Shown here piece after piece: positions 11,738 through 20,365 of a stretch of DNA of 64,000 bases (position 1 is the stretch's first letter; each line of letters starts with the position of its first letter). This stretch comes from an uncultured Acidobacteriota bacterium (lineage in GTDB: Bacteria > Acidobacteriota > Thermoanaerobaculia > Multivoradales > JAHEKO01). The DNA lies in contig CAVPOX010000022.1 in NCBI GenBank assembly GCA_963707075.1, positions 32,076 to 96,075 of the forward strand. The letters are read 5' to 3'. Position numbers and translations under genes: made by a program. Under the pieces are notes generated by a model, which was not told where the DNA came from, made no database searches, and saw only the letters and a list, made by a program, of their open reading frames with translations.

Positions 11738-12319
11738 CTAGTTCTTCTCGAGATCGCCGAGCTCGCGGAGCGAGTCCGCGATCAACTTCTCATGGTCCTG
11801 GGCGTTCAGCTCTCGCTGCAGTATCCGAGCGGCTATCTCGGTGGCCAGATCCGAACTGGTGGCGTACAGATCCTTGATGGCCGATTGCTTGGCCAACTCG
11901 ATCTCTCGTTTCGCCCGCTCGACCATCTTCTCGGACTCGTTGCGGGCCTTTTCCTCGATACTCGCCCGCACCGTCTCGGCATTGCGCTTGCCCTGGTCGA
12001 CAATCTCCTGAGCCCGAGTTCCAGCTTCGGCGAGCTTGGCTTCGTACTCCTGCAAGCGCGCCTCTGCAGACTCCCTGTCGTCCTTGGCTTCCTGCAATGA
12101 TCGACGAATGAACTCCTCGCGTTGTTGCAGACTGGACAGCAGCGGCCCCCAGGCGAACTTGCCCAGGATGAAGACGACCAACAGGAAGATCACCAGGGTC
12201 CAGACGGCGTTTCCGATATCGCCTGCAAACAGATTACCCTGCCCTTCCTCCGCGGCCCATACCGCAGGGGTCAGGACCAGCATCGAAAGCACGAGGCTCC
12301 AACTGACTTTTTGCATCAT
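11738..12319 (-). CDS. atpF: F1Fo ATP synthase b subunit
   Basis: WTLVIFLLVVFILGKFAWGPLLSSLQQREEFI followed by a coiled coil. ATG at 12319 gives a signal-peptide-like leader. Confidence 0.93.
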   Translation of the reverse strand: MMQKVSWSLVLSMLVLTPAVWAAEEGQGNLFAGDIGNAVWTLVIFLLVVFILGKFAWGPLLSSLQQREEFIRRSLQEAKDDRESAEARLQEYEAKLAEAGTRAQEIVDQGKRNAETVRASIEEKARNESEKMVERAKREIELAKQSAIKDLYATSSDLATEIAARILQRELNAQDHEKLIADSLRELGDLEKN

Positions 12320-12443
12320 GGTCTTACTACCTTGGTAGCCGGGCAGGCCCTGGGGCCCGACCCTGCCAACCGTCTCGAAGAATCGAAAAACCGCCACCGA
12401 AAATCTGCCTCGGCGTGCGAGGGCTGAGACGATCTCTGGCGAC

Positions 12444-12788
12444 TCAGAATACCGCCAGCAGTGTCACTACGACTGCGAACAGAGTGACGCCTTCGATCAG
12501 GGCCGCGGTGATAATCATTGCGGTGTTGATCTGTCCGGAGGCTTCGGGCTGACGCGCCATCGACTCGACTGCGCTGGAACCGATCCGACCGATACCTGCG
12601 GCTCCACCCATGACCACCAGGCCGGCGCCGATAGCACCACCGAACTTGCGCGCTCCATCCGTGGTCATGAAAAGCCCACCAGCCTCACCATCTGCTCCAG
12701 CGTCTGCGGCATATGCGGCCGGCGCTAGCATCAACACCATGCCGGCGAGCATCAGGCCGAGCGTGATTTTTGACAACTTCTTGCTCAT
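12444..12788 (-). CDS. atpE: F1Fo ATP synthase c subunit (H+-type) with an N-terminal leader
   Basis: GAGLVVMGGAAGIGRIG, the ARQPE loop and the carboxylate in ALIEGV; about 40 extra N-terminal residues. Confidence 0.95.
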   Translation of the reverse strand: MSKKLSKITLGLMLAGMVLMLAPAAYAADAGADGEAGGLFMTTDGARKFGGAIGAGLVVMGGAAGIGRIGSSAVESMARQPEASGQINTAMIITAALIEGVTLFAVVVTLLAVF

Positions 12789-12850
12789 TTCGACGATACC
12801 TCTCGTTACAGGTTGTGGCCGGACGGATCCAGCCCGTTATTCAATAAATC

Positions 12851-13711
12851 TCAGACGGCCGCTTCCTCGTGGTGCGAATCATCGTGCACCTCGATCGACA
12901 TCCCGATAAACAGGGTTGTCAGAAACGCGAATATGAAAGCCTGCAAAAACGCTACAAAAATCTCCAGAAGACTGATCGCGGCACTACCCAGAACCACAGG
13001 TATCGCCACGGCGAAGCCCATACCGGCTCCCACATTGCTGCCCGCGGCAAGGATGAACCCCAAAAGCACCGCCATGAGGGTGTGACCTGCCACCATATTG
13101 GCGAACAGCCGTACCGCCAGCGCAAAGGTCTTGGCCAACATGCCGACGAGCTCGACCGGCACGAGAACCGGAGCCAGCCACAGAGGTCCGGGGCACAGAT
13201 GCGCGATGAAGTGCTTACCACCGATCTTCAAGCCATAGAACACCATCATGATCAGGGTGAGGATCGCCAGCGTGGCTGTGACCCAGATATTGGACGTTGC
13301 CGTTCCACCAATCGGAATCGGCAGCGCCAGGCCCGTGAGAGGCCCGATCGGGATCAGTCCGAGCAGGTTCATCGTCAGAATGAAGAAGAACACACTCCAG
13401 ATGTACTTGATGAAACGATCGGTGTTCTCGCCCAGGGCGGGTCGGGCTATCTCTGTGCGAAAGTACTGACAGATTGCCTCCATGGCATTGGAGATGCCTG
13501 TCGGCACCATGTCTTCGAGCTCGTCCCCTGTCTTGCGGCGCTTGAACAACGGCGGCACGAAGATCATCAGCAACAGACCTGCCGCCAGGATCATCGAGAT
13601 GTGATCACTCATGACCGTGATCTCGCCGTTGGGGGTCAACGGTCCAAGGTCGGCCGGCACCGTCTTGATCGGGTGCTGGATGACGTGACTGAGTGGGTTG
13701 GATCCCGCCAT
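12851..13711 (-). CDS. atpB: F1Fo ATP synthase a subunit
   Basis: NLLGLIP, TATSNI, ALAVRLFANMVAGH (essential Arg) and EIFVAFLQAFIF. Confidence 0.97.
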   Translation of the reverse strand: MAGSNPLSHVIQHPIKTVPADLGPLTPNGEITVMSDHISMILAAGLLLMIFVPPLFKRRKTGDELEDMVPTGISNAMEAICQYFRTEIARPALGENTDRFIKYIWSVFFFILTMNLLGLIPIGPLTGLALPIPIGGTATSNIWVTATLAILTLIMMVFYGLKIGGKHFIAHLCPGPLWLAPVLVPVELVGMLAKTFALAVRLFANMVAGHTLMAVLLGFILAAGSNVGAGMGFAVAIPVVLGSAAISLLEIFVAFLQAFIFAFLTTLFIGMSIEVHDDSHHEEAAV

Positions 13712-13726
13712 GATAGCTGCGCCTGT

Positions 13727-14116
13727 TTACGCCGTGGAATTTCGACCTAGAACAAAGATGATATCTGCGACCAGAAAGACCATGTAACTAAATGCTACCC
13801 AAAGCAAGAATGCCGATCTCGGGACTTCGGTAGCCAACAAGATTGCCAGCGCTCCAAAAAGGGTGACCCCCATCCGAATTGCCAGCGACCCCAGGGCGAG
13901 GGTTCCCGCCTCCTGTGGTGGACGACTCAGGACCACTTGCGGCAGAGCGCCCACGGCTGCGGCGAAAAACGTCAGTCCACAACCCCACAACATTCCCACC
14001 ACCGCCTCGGCTCCTCCCAGCTTGCGTGTTAAAGCATAACCAGGAACCATCAAGAGCAGGGCCGAGCCAACCAGCACGAGCAGCAATCGAACGTAGGACC
14101 GGTATCCGGTAGCCAT
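13727..14116 (-). CDS. atpI: ATP synthase protein I (AtpI-like, 4 TM)
   Basis: Four TM helices, located immediately upstream of atpB. Confidence 0.65.
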   Translation of the reverse strand: MATGYRSYVRLLLVLVGSALLLMVPGYALTRKLGGAEAVVGMLWGCGLTFFAAAVGALPQVVLSRPPQEAGTLALGSLAIRMGVTLFGALAILLATEVPRSAFLLWVAFSYMVFLVADIIFVLGRNSTA

Positions 14117-14123
14117 CCGGCCT

Positions 14124-14369
14124 CTATCCGTCTTGGTCGCTGCTCTTGTTTCGCTTTCGGTTGGCCGCCCCTCCCGAGGCCGCCAAGGTGGCGCGGATGA
14201 GATTATACATCCCTCCGACCAATCCCAGAATGGCCCCGATCAGAATGCCCAACTCGGCCCGACCGTAATGGTTCCCGATCCAGTAGCCGAAGAATGCAAA
14301 CCCAGCGACGGCCGCCGCAAACTCGAAACCGAGCCCGGCGAGTCTCCTCGAGGTCCGTCGCTCATTCAT
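14124..14369 (-). CDS. AtpZ/AtpI family 2-TM protein
   Basis: GLGFEFAAAVAGFAFFGYWIG...GAILGLVGGMYNLIR, typical of ATPase gene-1 proteins; first gene of the atp operon. Confidence 0.85.
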   Translation of the reverse strand: MNERRTSRRLAGLGFEFAAAVAGFAFFGYWIGNHYGRAELGILIGAILGLVGGMYNLIRATLAASGGAANRKRNKSSDQDG

Positions 14370-14453
14370 GGATTTTCAAGCCCGCTTCAACACGCCCAAC
14401 CCTGCAGGCCGGCGTAGTGTAGCAACCCCCAACCGAGGCATCAAACCCATCGA

Positions 14454-14909
14454 TCAGTACTCATACCGGATCCGCGTTCCCGAACCGAGACTCGTCACTC
14501 GAACGTTCACTCGCTGGCCGCCTTTGCTGTAGGTGGTGACCTCCCCACTAACGGACACTACTGTCCACCCCGCTCGCTCGATCCGCGTGCGGAGCGATGA
14601 GGCCGCTTCACTGCGAGGTACTGGGGAATCCACCACGACGAACCCCCCCGAGTCGGTGGAATGACCAAAATCAACGATGTTCGACGGCGTAAAGAGCGGC
14701 AGTCCGGCAGGGAAATCTGACGGCAGTACGCCCCCTACATCGGCCTTGATCCGTCTCTCCTTCCTGTCGGCTTCCGTGCTGAGTGCGGCGTCATAGCCGG
14801 AGCCGACGTCGACGGTCTCCAGTTCCTTTGGCTTTTTCGGCTTGGGTTCCGTTCGACCGCACGCCAGGAAAGCGAGCGAAAGCAACACGATCATCAAGAT
14901 TCGACACAT
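14454..14909 (-). CDS. Hypothetical lipoprotein
   Basis: MCRILMIVLLSLAFLA-C lipobox and an LPSDFPAGLPLF motif. Confidence 0.7.
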   Translation of the reverse strand: MCRILMIVLLSLAFLACGRTEPKPKKPKELETVDVGSGYDAALSTEADRKERRIKADVGGVLPSDFPAGLPLFTPSNIVDFGHSTDSGGFVVVDSPVPRSEAASSLRTRIERAGWTVVSVSGEVTTYSKGGQRVNVRVTSLGSGTRIRYEY

Positions 14910-14937
14910 GTTTCGACTCCTGGTATCGACAGCATGC

Positions 14938-15660
14938 TCAGAGCTCCATTCTGGGTGACTGTCGCCGATCCGGCAACAAGTCCACCAGGGGCAAGAGATC
15001 GTCAAGGTCTCCCGTGCTGCTACCGCGGGCGAGGTGGAGCGACTGCATTCCAACCCCGCGTGCACCTTCGACATCCTCCCGGATCCTGTCCCCGACATGG
15101 ACCACTCGCTCGGCTGGAAGACCCAACTTCCCCAGCGCAAATTCGAAGATCTCCGGGAACGGCTTCTCCACCCCCACGTCTGCCGAAAAGACGATGAATT
15201 CGAAAAAGTCGTCTATTCCCAGGCCAGCCAACAGAGCGGGCAGCCGGTCGTCCCAGTTACTGATCACCACCATTCGCACGCCCAGTGTGCGCAATGCCTC
15301 GAGAGTCTCGGGAACGTCCTCGTAAACCTCCCACGGCTCTGGCCCGGTAAATCGCTGAAACAGCTCCGCTTTGGCGAACCGGCTCGGCGCAGGACTGTTC
15401 AAATGTTCGCAGACCCGATCGATGAACTGATACCAGAAGCCCTTCGAGCCCTGCGGGTGGGAGGAAAAGAGGTCCTCGCCGGGACGACGCAGACAGGCGA
15501 ACTCTTGCCAGACATTCCGCACCACGTCGTAGGCCTTCTGCGGGGTCACTTCTATTCCGTGCCGACCCAGGACGTTCGCATAAACCTCCCCCAGGCGCGG
15601 CGAATGGATCAGGGTGCCGTGGATATCGAAGCTCACCGCGTCGACCGGATGGACAATCAA
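14938..15660 (-). CDS. HAD-IA family hydrolase (REG-2-like)
   Basis: FDIHGTL, VISNWD, VEKP and HVGD...DVEGA motifs. Confidence 0.9.
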   Translation of the reverse strand: MIVHPVDAVSFDIHGTLIHSPRLGEVYANVLGRHGIEVTPQKAYDVVRNVWQEFACLRRPGEDLFSSHPQGSKGFWYQFIDRVCEHLNSPAPSRFAKAELFQRFTGPEPWEVYEDVPETLEALRTLGVRMVVISNWDDRLPALLAGLGIDDFFEFIVFSADVGVEKPFPEIFEFALGKLGLPAERVVHVGDRIREDVEGARGVGMQSLHLARGSSTGDLDDLLPLVDLLPDRRQSPRMEL

Positions 15661-16199
15661 GGCAGATCTTCGACGTCGAGGAGATGGAACGCCGCGATGA
15701 CCAGGGCATGCGTGATCGCACCGTCCCGAATCAGCCCGGGTATCTTCTCCAACGGTGTTGGCTCTACCGTAATCTTCTCATCGTCGATGCCAAAGACCTC
15801 GCGATCGGGCTCCACCTTTTCGAGATCGGTGGCCAGGTAAGTCGTCAGTCGATTGGACAAGAAGGCCGGATTGGGATGGGTGGTGCCCAGCGACCGGATC
15901 TTGCGCGCGTGGTAACCGGTCTCCTCCAGAAGCTCCCGCGCGGCCGCTTCATCGGCATTCTCTTCCGGGTCGATCAATCCACCGGGAATCTCCAGACAGG
16001 GAGCCGAGAGTCCGTAGCGCCACTGACGTATGAGGACGACTCGACCGTCATCGAGCACAGGGATGATGTTGACCCAGTCGGGGGCGTTGACCACAACGAC
16101 CTCTTTGCGCTGATCACCCGAAGCCACCATCTGGCGCTCCAGACCAAAAAGAGGATGCCAGAAGACCTCCTCGCTTCCGAGTTTTCGCCACGAGCCCAT
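15657..16199 (-). CDS. NUDIX hydrolase (ADP-ribose pyrophosphatase-like)
   Basis: Nudix box PGGLIDPEENADEAAARELLEETG and LIRQWRY. Confidence 0.9.
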   Translation of the reverse strand: MGSWRKLGSEEVFWHPLFGLERQMVASGDQRKEVVVVNAPDWVNIIPVLDDGRVVLIRQWRYGLSAPCLEIPGGLIDPEENADEAAARELLEETGYHARKIRSLGTTHPNPAFLSNRLTTYLATDLEKVEPDREVFGIDDEKITVEPTPLEKIPGLIRDGAITHALVIAAFHLLDVEDLP

Positions 16200-16241
16200 C
16201 ACGGGGAGAATACCGCAACCGCTATGCTAATCTGCGGCGCG

Positions 16242-16391
16242 GTGGTCTCCCCAACCCTCAAACTCGTCCTCTCTTCGGTCCTTCTCTCCGCCTGGCTCTT
16301 GCTGCTCATGCTCGGCTGGACCTTCGGCGGTGCCGTCTACCTGCTCCTGCCTGTCGCGCTGATTCTGTTTCCCTGGAGGTCCCTGCGCTAG
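16242..16391 (+). CDS. Small 2-TM membrane protein
   Basis: GTG start, reading VSPTLKLVLSSVLLSAWLLLLMLGWTFGGAVYLLLPVALILFPWRSLR; TATGCT upstream. Confidence 0.45.
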   Translation: MVSPTLKLVLSSVLLSAWLLLLMLGWTFGGAVYLLLPVALILFPWRSLR

Positions 16392-16534
16392 CCGAGGATC
16401 AGCAAAGGGATCCTGCTCGACCTGGCCAAGGGGCGTCGGGCCGTCGCCTCACTCGCCAGGACGGGTGCTGCGTTCGGCGAAGGACGCCCGCACCGTGAGA
16501 TCCCGAGGTCGTGTTGCCCGCACGATGGCGGCTC

Positions 16535-16695
16535 TCGAGGTCCGGCGCGCCGGAAAGGGAGCTCTCGGAAGCGCCCTGCGCGGTCCCAGACGGCCACTTG
16601 GCGCGTGAGCGTGCCCTCCAGGACCACACTCCGCGACCCGCTAACAGCTCCAACCAGGTCCCGCGGTAGCCTCCGGGGCACCCCAGTCAACCACC
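16535..16695. repeat. Degenerate second copy of the 6432-6604 intergenic element
   Basis: Shares TCCGGCGCG, AGGGAGC, CGTGCCCTCC-RGGRCCAC and CGACCCGCTA in the same order; an extra partial copy CCTCCGGGGCACCCCA lies at 16670-16685. Confidence 0.5.
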
Positions 16696-16727
16696 GATTC
16701 GTGGCCCGGGCGACATACAATTGGTCC

Positions 16728-17501
16728 ATGCTGCTCTATCGACTCGGCCCCGAGGGCTTCTATGCTGCCACGGACGAAGAGGGACAGCTCCGGATGCTGT
16801 TCTCCGATCCGTTCGAGGTCCCGGCCGGGGGATGGGAGTACGGCCGCATTGTCGAATCCGGTGCTCTGGGAGTCTTGCCACCGGTCTACCCGGGGAAGAT
16901 CGTTGGTATCGGTCGCAACTACCGAGCCCATGCGGAAGAGTTGGGAAATCCGGTCCCGGACGAACCGGTGATCTTCCTCAAGGCTCCGACTTCGATCATC
17001 GGACCGGGCGGCACGATCGTGCTGCCGCCGGAGAGTGAGCGGGTCGAGTTCGAGGGCGAGATCGCCGTGATCATTCGCCGACAGCTCTGCCGTGCCAGCC
17101 GCGAGGAAGCCGTCCGAGCCATCCTGGGTATCACCTGTGCCTGTGATGTGACGGCCAGAGATCTGCAGCGCAAGGACCCCACCTTCGCTCGGGGAAAATC
17201 CTTCGATACCTTCTGTCCCCTCGGCCCCGGTATTCTCGTCGACCCGCAGCTCGATGACCTCGAGGTGATCACCCGGGTCAACGGTGAAGAGAGGCAACGT
17301 GGGCGCACCGACAGGATGCTCTTCGACATTCCCGAATTGTTGTCATACACCTCTCGCATGATGACTCTGGAGCCAGGCGACATCGTGCTGACCGGAACCC
17401 CCGAGGGGGTCGGTCCACTGGCCGACGGTGACCACCTGGAAGTCGAGGTCAGCGGTGTCGGTGTGCTGGCAAACCCGGTTGAAACCTGGAGACAGCTGTG
17501 A
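16728..17501 (+). CDS. Fumarylacetoacetate hydrolase family protein
   Basis: KIVGIGRNYRAHA, IFLKAP, EFEGEIAV, DVTARDLQ, GKSFDTFCPLGP and GDIVLTGTPEGVG. Confidence 0.93.
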   Translation: MLLYRLGPEGFYAATDEEGQLRMLFSDPFEVPAGGWEYGRIVESGALGVLPPVYPGKIVGIGRNYRAHAEELGNPVPDEPVIFLKAPTSIIGPGGTIVLPPESERVEFEGEIAVIIRRQLCRASREEAVRAILGITCACDVTARDLQRKDPTFARGKSFDTFCPLGPGILVDPQLDDLEVITRVNGEERQRGRTDRMLFDIPELLSYTSRMMTLEPGDIVLTGTPEGVGPLADGDHLEVEVSGVGVLANPVETWRQL

Positions 17502-17671
17502 GCAGGATCCTGCTTTGGCCGGTCCTGGCAGGGGTCCTGGTGGCAGTGGTGCTGGTCGTGTGGCGCGGATTCTTCTTCCAGCATGCCCTGATTATCGGCA
17601 TCGGAGTCGCAGCGCTGGTGTACACCGGTCTTCGGACCTACGAGAATCTGCGGAACCTCCACAAACACTAG
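17498..17671 (+). CDS. Small 57-aa membrane protein (not in the ORF track)
   Basis: GTGA overlap with the FAH stop; MSRILLWPVLAGVLVAVVLVVWRGFFFQHALIIGIGVAALVYTGLRTYENLRNLHKH has two TM helices. Confidence 0.6.
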   Translation: MSRILLWPVLAGVLVAVVLVVWRGFFFQHALIIGIGVAALVYTGLRTYENLRNLHKH

Positions 17672-17694
17672 CGGTGGGGCGCAGAGGCTCTGCC

Positions 17695-18684
17695 CTACTG
17701 ACCCGAGGTCGACCTTCTTCGCGTGGCGATCAGCAGCCAGAGGAAGAACGGACCACCCAGAAGAGCGGTGAGCACGCCAACCGGTAACTCGGCTGGAGCC
17801 ATCACTGTGCGCGCTCCGAGATCGCAAAATGCCAGGAACGCTCCGCCTCCGAGAAGACAAGCCGGCACCAGATGAAGATGATCTGTGCCTACCCAGCGGC
17901 GCAGGACATGGGGCACGATCAAGCCGACAAATCCGATCGGGCCTGCCACAGCGACCAGGGCGGCCACCATGACCGAGGCAATGCCCAAGACACCGATTCG
18001 CAAGCGGCGCAGATCCACTCCGCGGCTGGCCGCCAGCTCTTCACCCGTGATCAGCAGGTTCAGGTCCCAGCGCAGTAACAGCAGGATGGTCGCACCTACG
18101 AGAACCCACGGCAGCAGCCACAAGACTTCGCTGTAACCGACGACAGCCAGACCCCCCATCATCCACCGCACCATACGAAAGGTCTTTGTCAGGTCGGCCA
18201 GGTACTGGACGAAAAGCACCAGGGCGGAGCAGGTCAAGGAAATCGCGATGCCGGCGAGCAGAAGGGTGGCGGTCTCGCGGCCATAGCCGCTCATCGCCAG
18301 GCCGAGGATCACCGCGGCAACCGCCAGGGCGCCAACGAAGGCAGCCAGGGCCACCGCAGGAAACCCCACTGACACTCCGAGAGCTTCGAACTGTAGTGCC
18401 AACACAGCGCCAAGGGCGGCACCGCTGGCAATTCCCAGCGTGTAGGGCTCTGCCAGTGGATTGCGAAAGAGCGTCTGCAGACCCAGTCCCGACATTGCCA
18501 AGGCGCCGCCCGCAAGCAGAGCCAGCAGGGTTCGCGGCAGACGCAATGACCAGAAGATCATCGCGATGCCTTCATCAGCGAGCAGCTCCTGTGGCCCGAT
18601 GACCCGCGCCCCGAGGAAGGGCACGACGATCAAGGCCGTGAGCCAGAGCAGGACCAGGACCACCAGGCTCGCTCGCGGGCTCAC
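17695..18684 (-). CDS. btuC: Cobalamin ABC transporter permease (FecCD/BtuC family)
   Basis: LRLPRTLL, QTLFRNPLAEPYTLG, GPIGFVGLIVPH and ELPVG; lies downstream of the B12 riboswitch. Confidence 0.85.
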   Translation of the reverse strand: MSPRASLVVLVLLWLTALIVVPFLGARVIGPQELLADEGIAMIFWSLRLPRTLLALLAGGALAMSGLGLQTLFRNPLAEPYTLGIASGAALGAVLALQFEALGVSVGFPAVALAAFVGALAVAAVILGLAMSGYGRETATLLLAGIAISLTCSALVLFVQYLADLTKTFRMVRWMMGGLAVVGYSEVLWLLPWVLVGATILLLLRWDLNLLITGEELAASRGVDLRRLRIGVLGIASVMVAALVAVAGPIGFVGLIVPHVLRRWVGTDHLHLVPACLLGGGAFLAFCDLGARTVMAPAELPVGVLTALLGGPFFLWLLIATRRRSTSGQ

Positions 18685-19469
18685 GGCTCCATCTCCAACA
18701 GGGTCAAAGGCCGATCGCCCTCTCGCACCACCGTGAAAGGCGCATCGAAGATCGCTGCCAGTTGGCCAGGTTGCAGCAGCTCGTCTGGCCTGCCAAGAGC
18801 CTGGATCCGCCCACGCTGCAAGGCGACAATTCGACTCGCCAGAAGCGCGGCGAAGTTCAAATCGTGCGTCGCCAGCACCACCGTGAGCTTCTCTTCCCGA
18901 TTCAGCCGTGAAACCAGGGCAGCGATCTCCCGCTGGTGGTGAGGATCCAGATGCGTGGTCGGCTCATCCAGAATCAGGATCTCCGATTGCTGTGCCAGGG
19001 CTGCGGCAATATAGACCGATTGCCTTTCGCCACCGGACAACTCACCCACCGGCCGGCGCTTCAACTGTGCAACACCCGCCAGTTCCATCGCCCGATTTAC
19101 CGCCTCGAAGTCGCTCGCCCGCGGTGCCAACCGAAAGGGAGACAGGTAGGGATAGCGCCCCAGCAAGACCAGTTGCTCGACAGTCAGTGGGACCTGCAAC
19201 GGACGGCTCTGGGGCACATAGGCGATTCGACTCGCCAGATCTCGTCGCGCCAGATCCCCGTAAGGGGTCCTCTCCCAAACAAGATAGCCTCGGCTTGGTT
19301 GCAGGATTCCCGCGATCATTCGCAGCAGTGTCGTCTTGCCAGCCCCATTCGGCCCGATGACCACCAGGCATTCACCGGTCGTGAGCTCCAGATCGATTCC
19401 ATCCAGAATCTTCTTCCGCACGACGTCCCAGCCGACTCCATGGACACCTACCTTGACCGAGCGATTCAC
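18681..19469 (-). CDS. btuD: Cobalamin ABC transporter ATP-binding protein
   Basis: GPNGAGKTT, LSGGERQ and LDEPTTHLD; GTG start overlaps the upstream stop. Confidence 0.85.
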   Translation of the reverse strand: MNRSVKVGVHGVGWDVVRKKILDGIDLELTTGECLVVIGPNGAGKTTLLRMIAGILQPSRGYLVWERTPYGDLARRDLASRIAYVPQSRPLQVPLTVEQLVLLGRYPYLSPFRLAPRASDFEAVNRAMELAGVAQLKRRPVGELSGGERQSVYIAAALAQQSEILILDEPTTHLDPHHQREIAALVSRLNREEKLTVVLATHDLNFAALLASRIVALQRGRIQALGRPDELLQPGQLAAIFDAPFTVVREGDRPLTLLEMEP

Positions 19470-20365
19470 GACAGCACGCTGCAATCCGCCACGGCTTGCT
19501 CCAGCTCGCGCAGGAGCCGTGGCAACCGTGGCCCCGGTATCAGGACGTGATGACCAGCAATCACCTGGATGCAAACATCGCTCAAGGCCGTCCCCGAAGC
19601 TACAGTCAACCAGTCTTCAGCCAATTGGTCGAAGCTTCCCGGCGCCGCCTGCAACTCGATGATCACCTGTGGTTGACGCAGAATGATCTCCTCCAGGCCG
19701 ACCTGCGGGTAGGCCATCTGGGCGTCCGACATCACGTTGATCATCCCGAGTCTCTGCAGCAGCTCATCGAGGAAGGTACCCGGGCCGGCGACCAGAACAT
19801 CCGCCATCCGATCCGACTCGCGGTTCACCGACAGCAGAACCCGCGTCGGGACCTCCTGCGTTCTGGCTGCCAGGTCCGACCTCCAGCGGGCGAGAAAGGC
19901 CTCGGCCGCATCGCTGACGCCACACCGCTCTCCAATACGACTGGCCATCTCCTCCACGTCAGCGATACTGTCGCTGGGGACGGTCAAGACCTCGATACCC
20001 ATCTCCTGCAGTTGGCTCCGCAGCCGTTCTTCACTTGGCAGCAGCACTGCCAGGTCAGGATTCAACCCCGCGATGGTTTCCAGTCGGGCGTCGAACAGCC
20101 CTCCGACCTTCGGCCGCAGCGCCACCTCGGATGGGTATCTGGCATAGTCGCCGACACCGACGACTCGGTCACCCAGACCCAACTCGAAGAGCATCTCGGT
20201 CACGCTCGGGGCGATAGCGATGATGCGTTGGGGAGCCAACCCTGTGGGTACTTCCCCCGGCTGCTGCCCTGAATCTGTGGCCGAATCTCCACCGCAAGCC
20301 AGAACCAGCCCGACGACCACCGCCATCCACCAGCTCGACCCTCCTCGTCGACTACGTCGCCTCAT
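19466..20365 (-). CDS. btuF: Cobalamin-binding lipoprotein (BtuF, helical-backbone SBP)
   Basis: Lipobox VLA-C, RIIAIAPSVTEMLFELG, VGVGDYARYP and YPQVGLEEII. Confidence 0.85.
   Translation of the reverse strand: MRRRSRRGGSSWWMAVVVGLVLACGGDSATDSGQQPGEVPTGLAPQRIIAIAPSVTEMLFELGLGDRVVGVGDYARYPSEVALRPKVGGLFDARLETIAGLNPDLAVLLPSEERLRSQLQEMGIEVLTVPSDSIADVEEMASRIGERCGVSDAAEAFLARWRSDLAARTQEVPTRVLLSVNRESDRMADVLVAGPGTFLDELLQRLGMINVMSDAQMAYPQVGLEEIILRQPQVIIELQAAPGSFDQLAEDWLTVASGTALSDVCIQVIAGHHVLIPGPRLPRLLRELEQAVADCSVLS

Noticed and set aside
16480-16545. Group II intron domain V-like GAGAGCCGCC on the minus strand
   Set aside because: No canonical domain V/VI hairpin follows and no RT gene is nearby.
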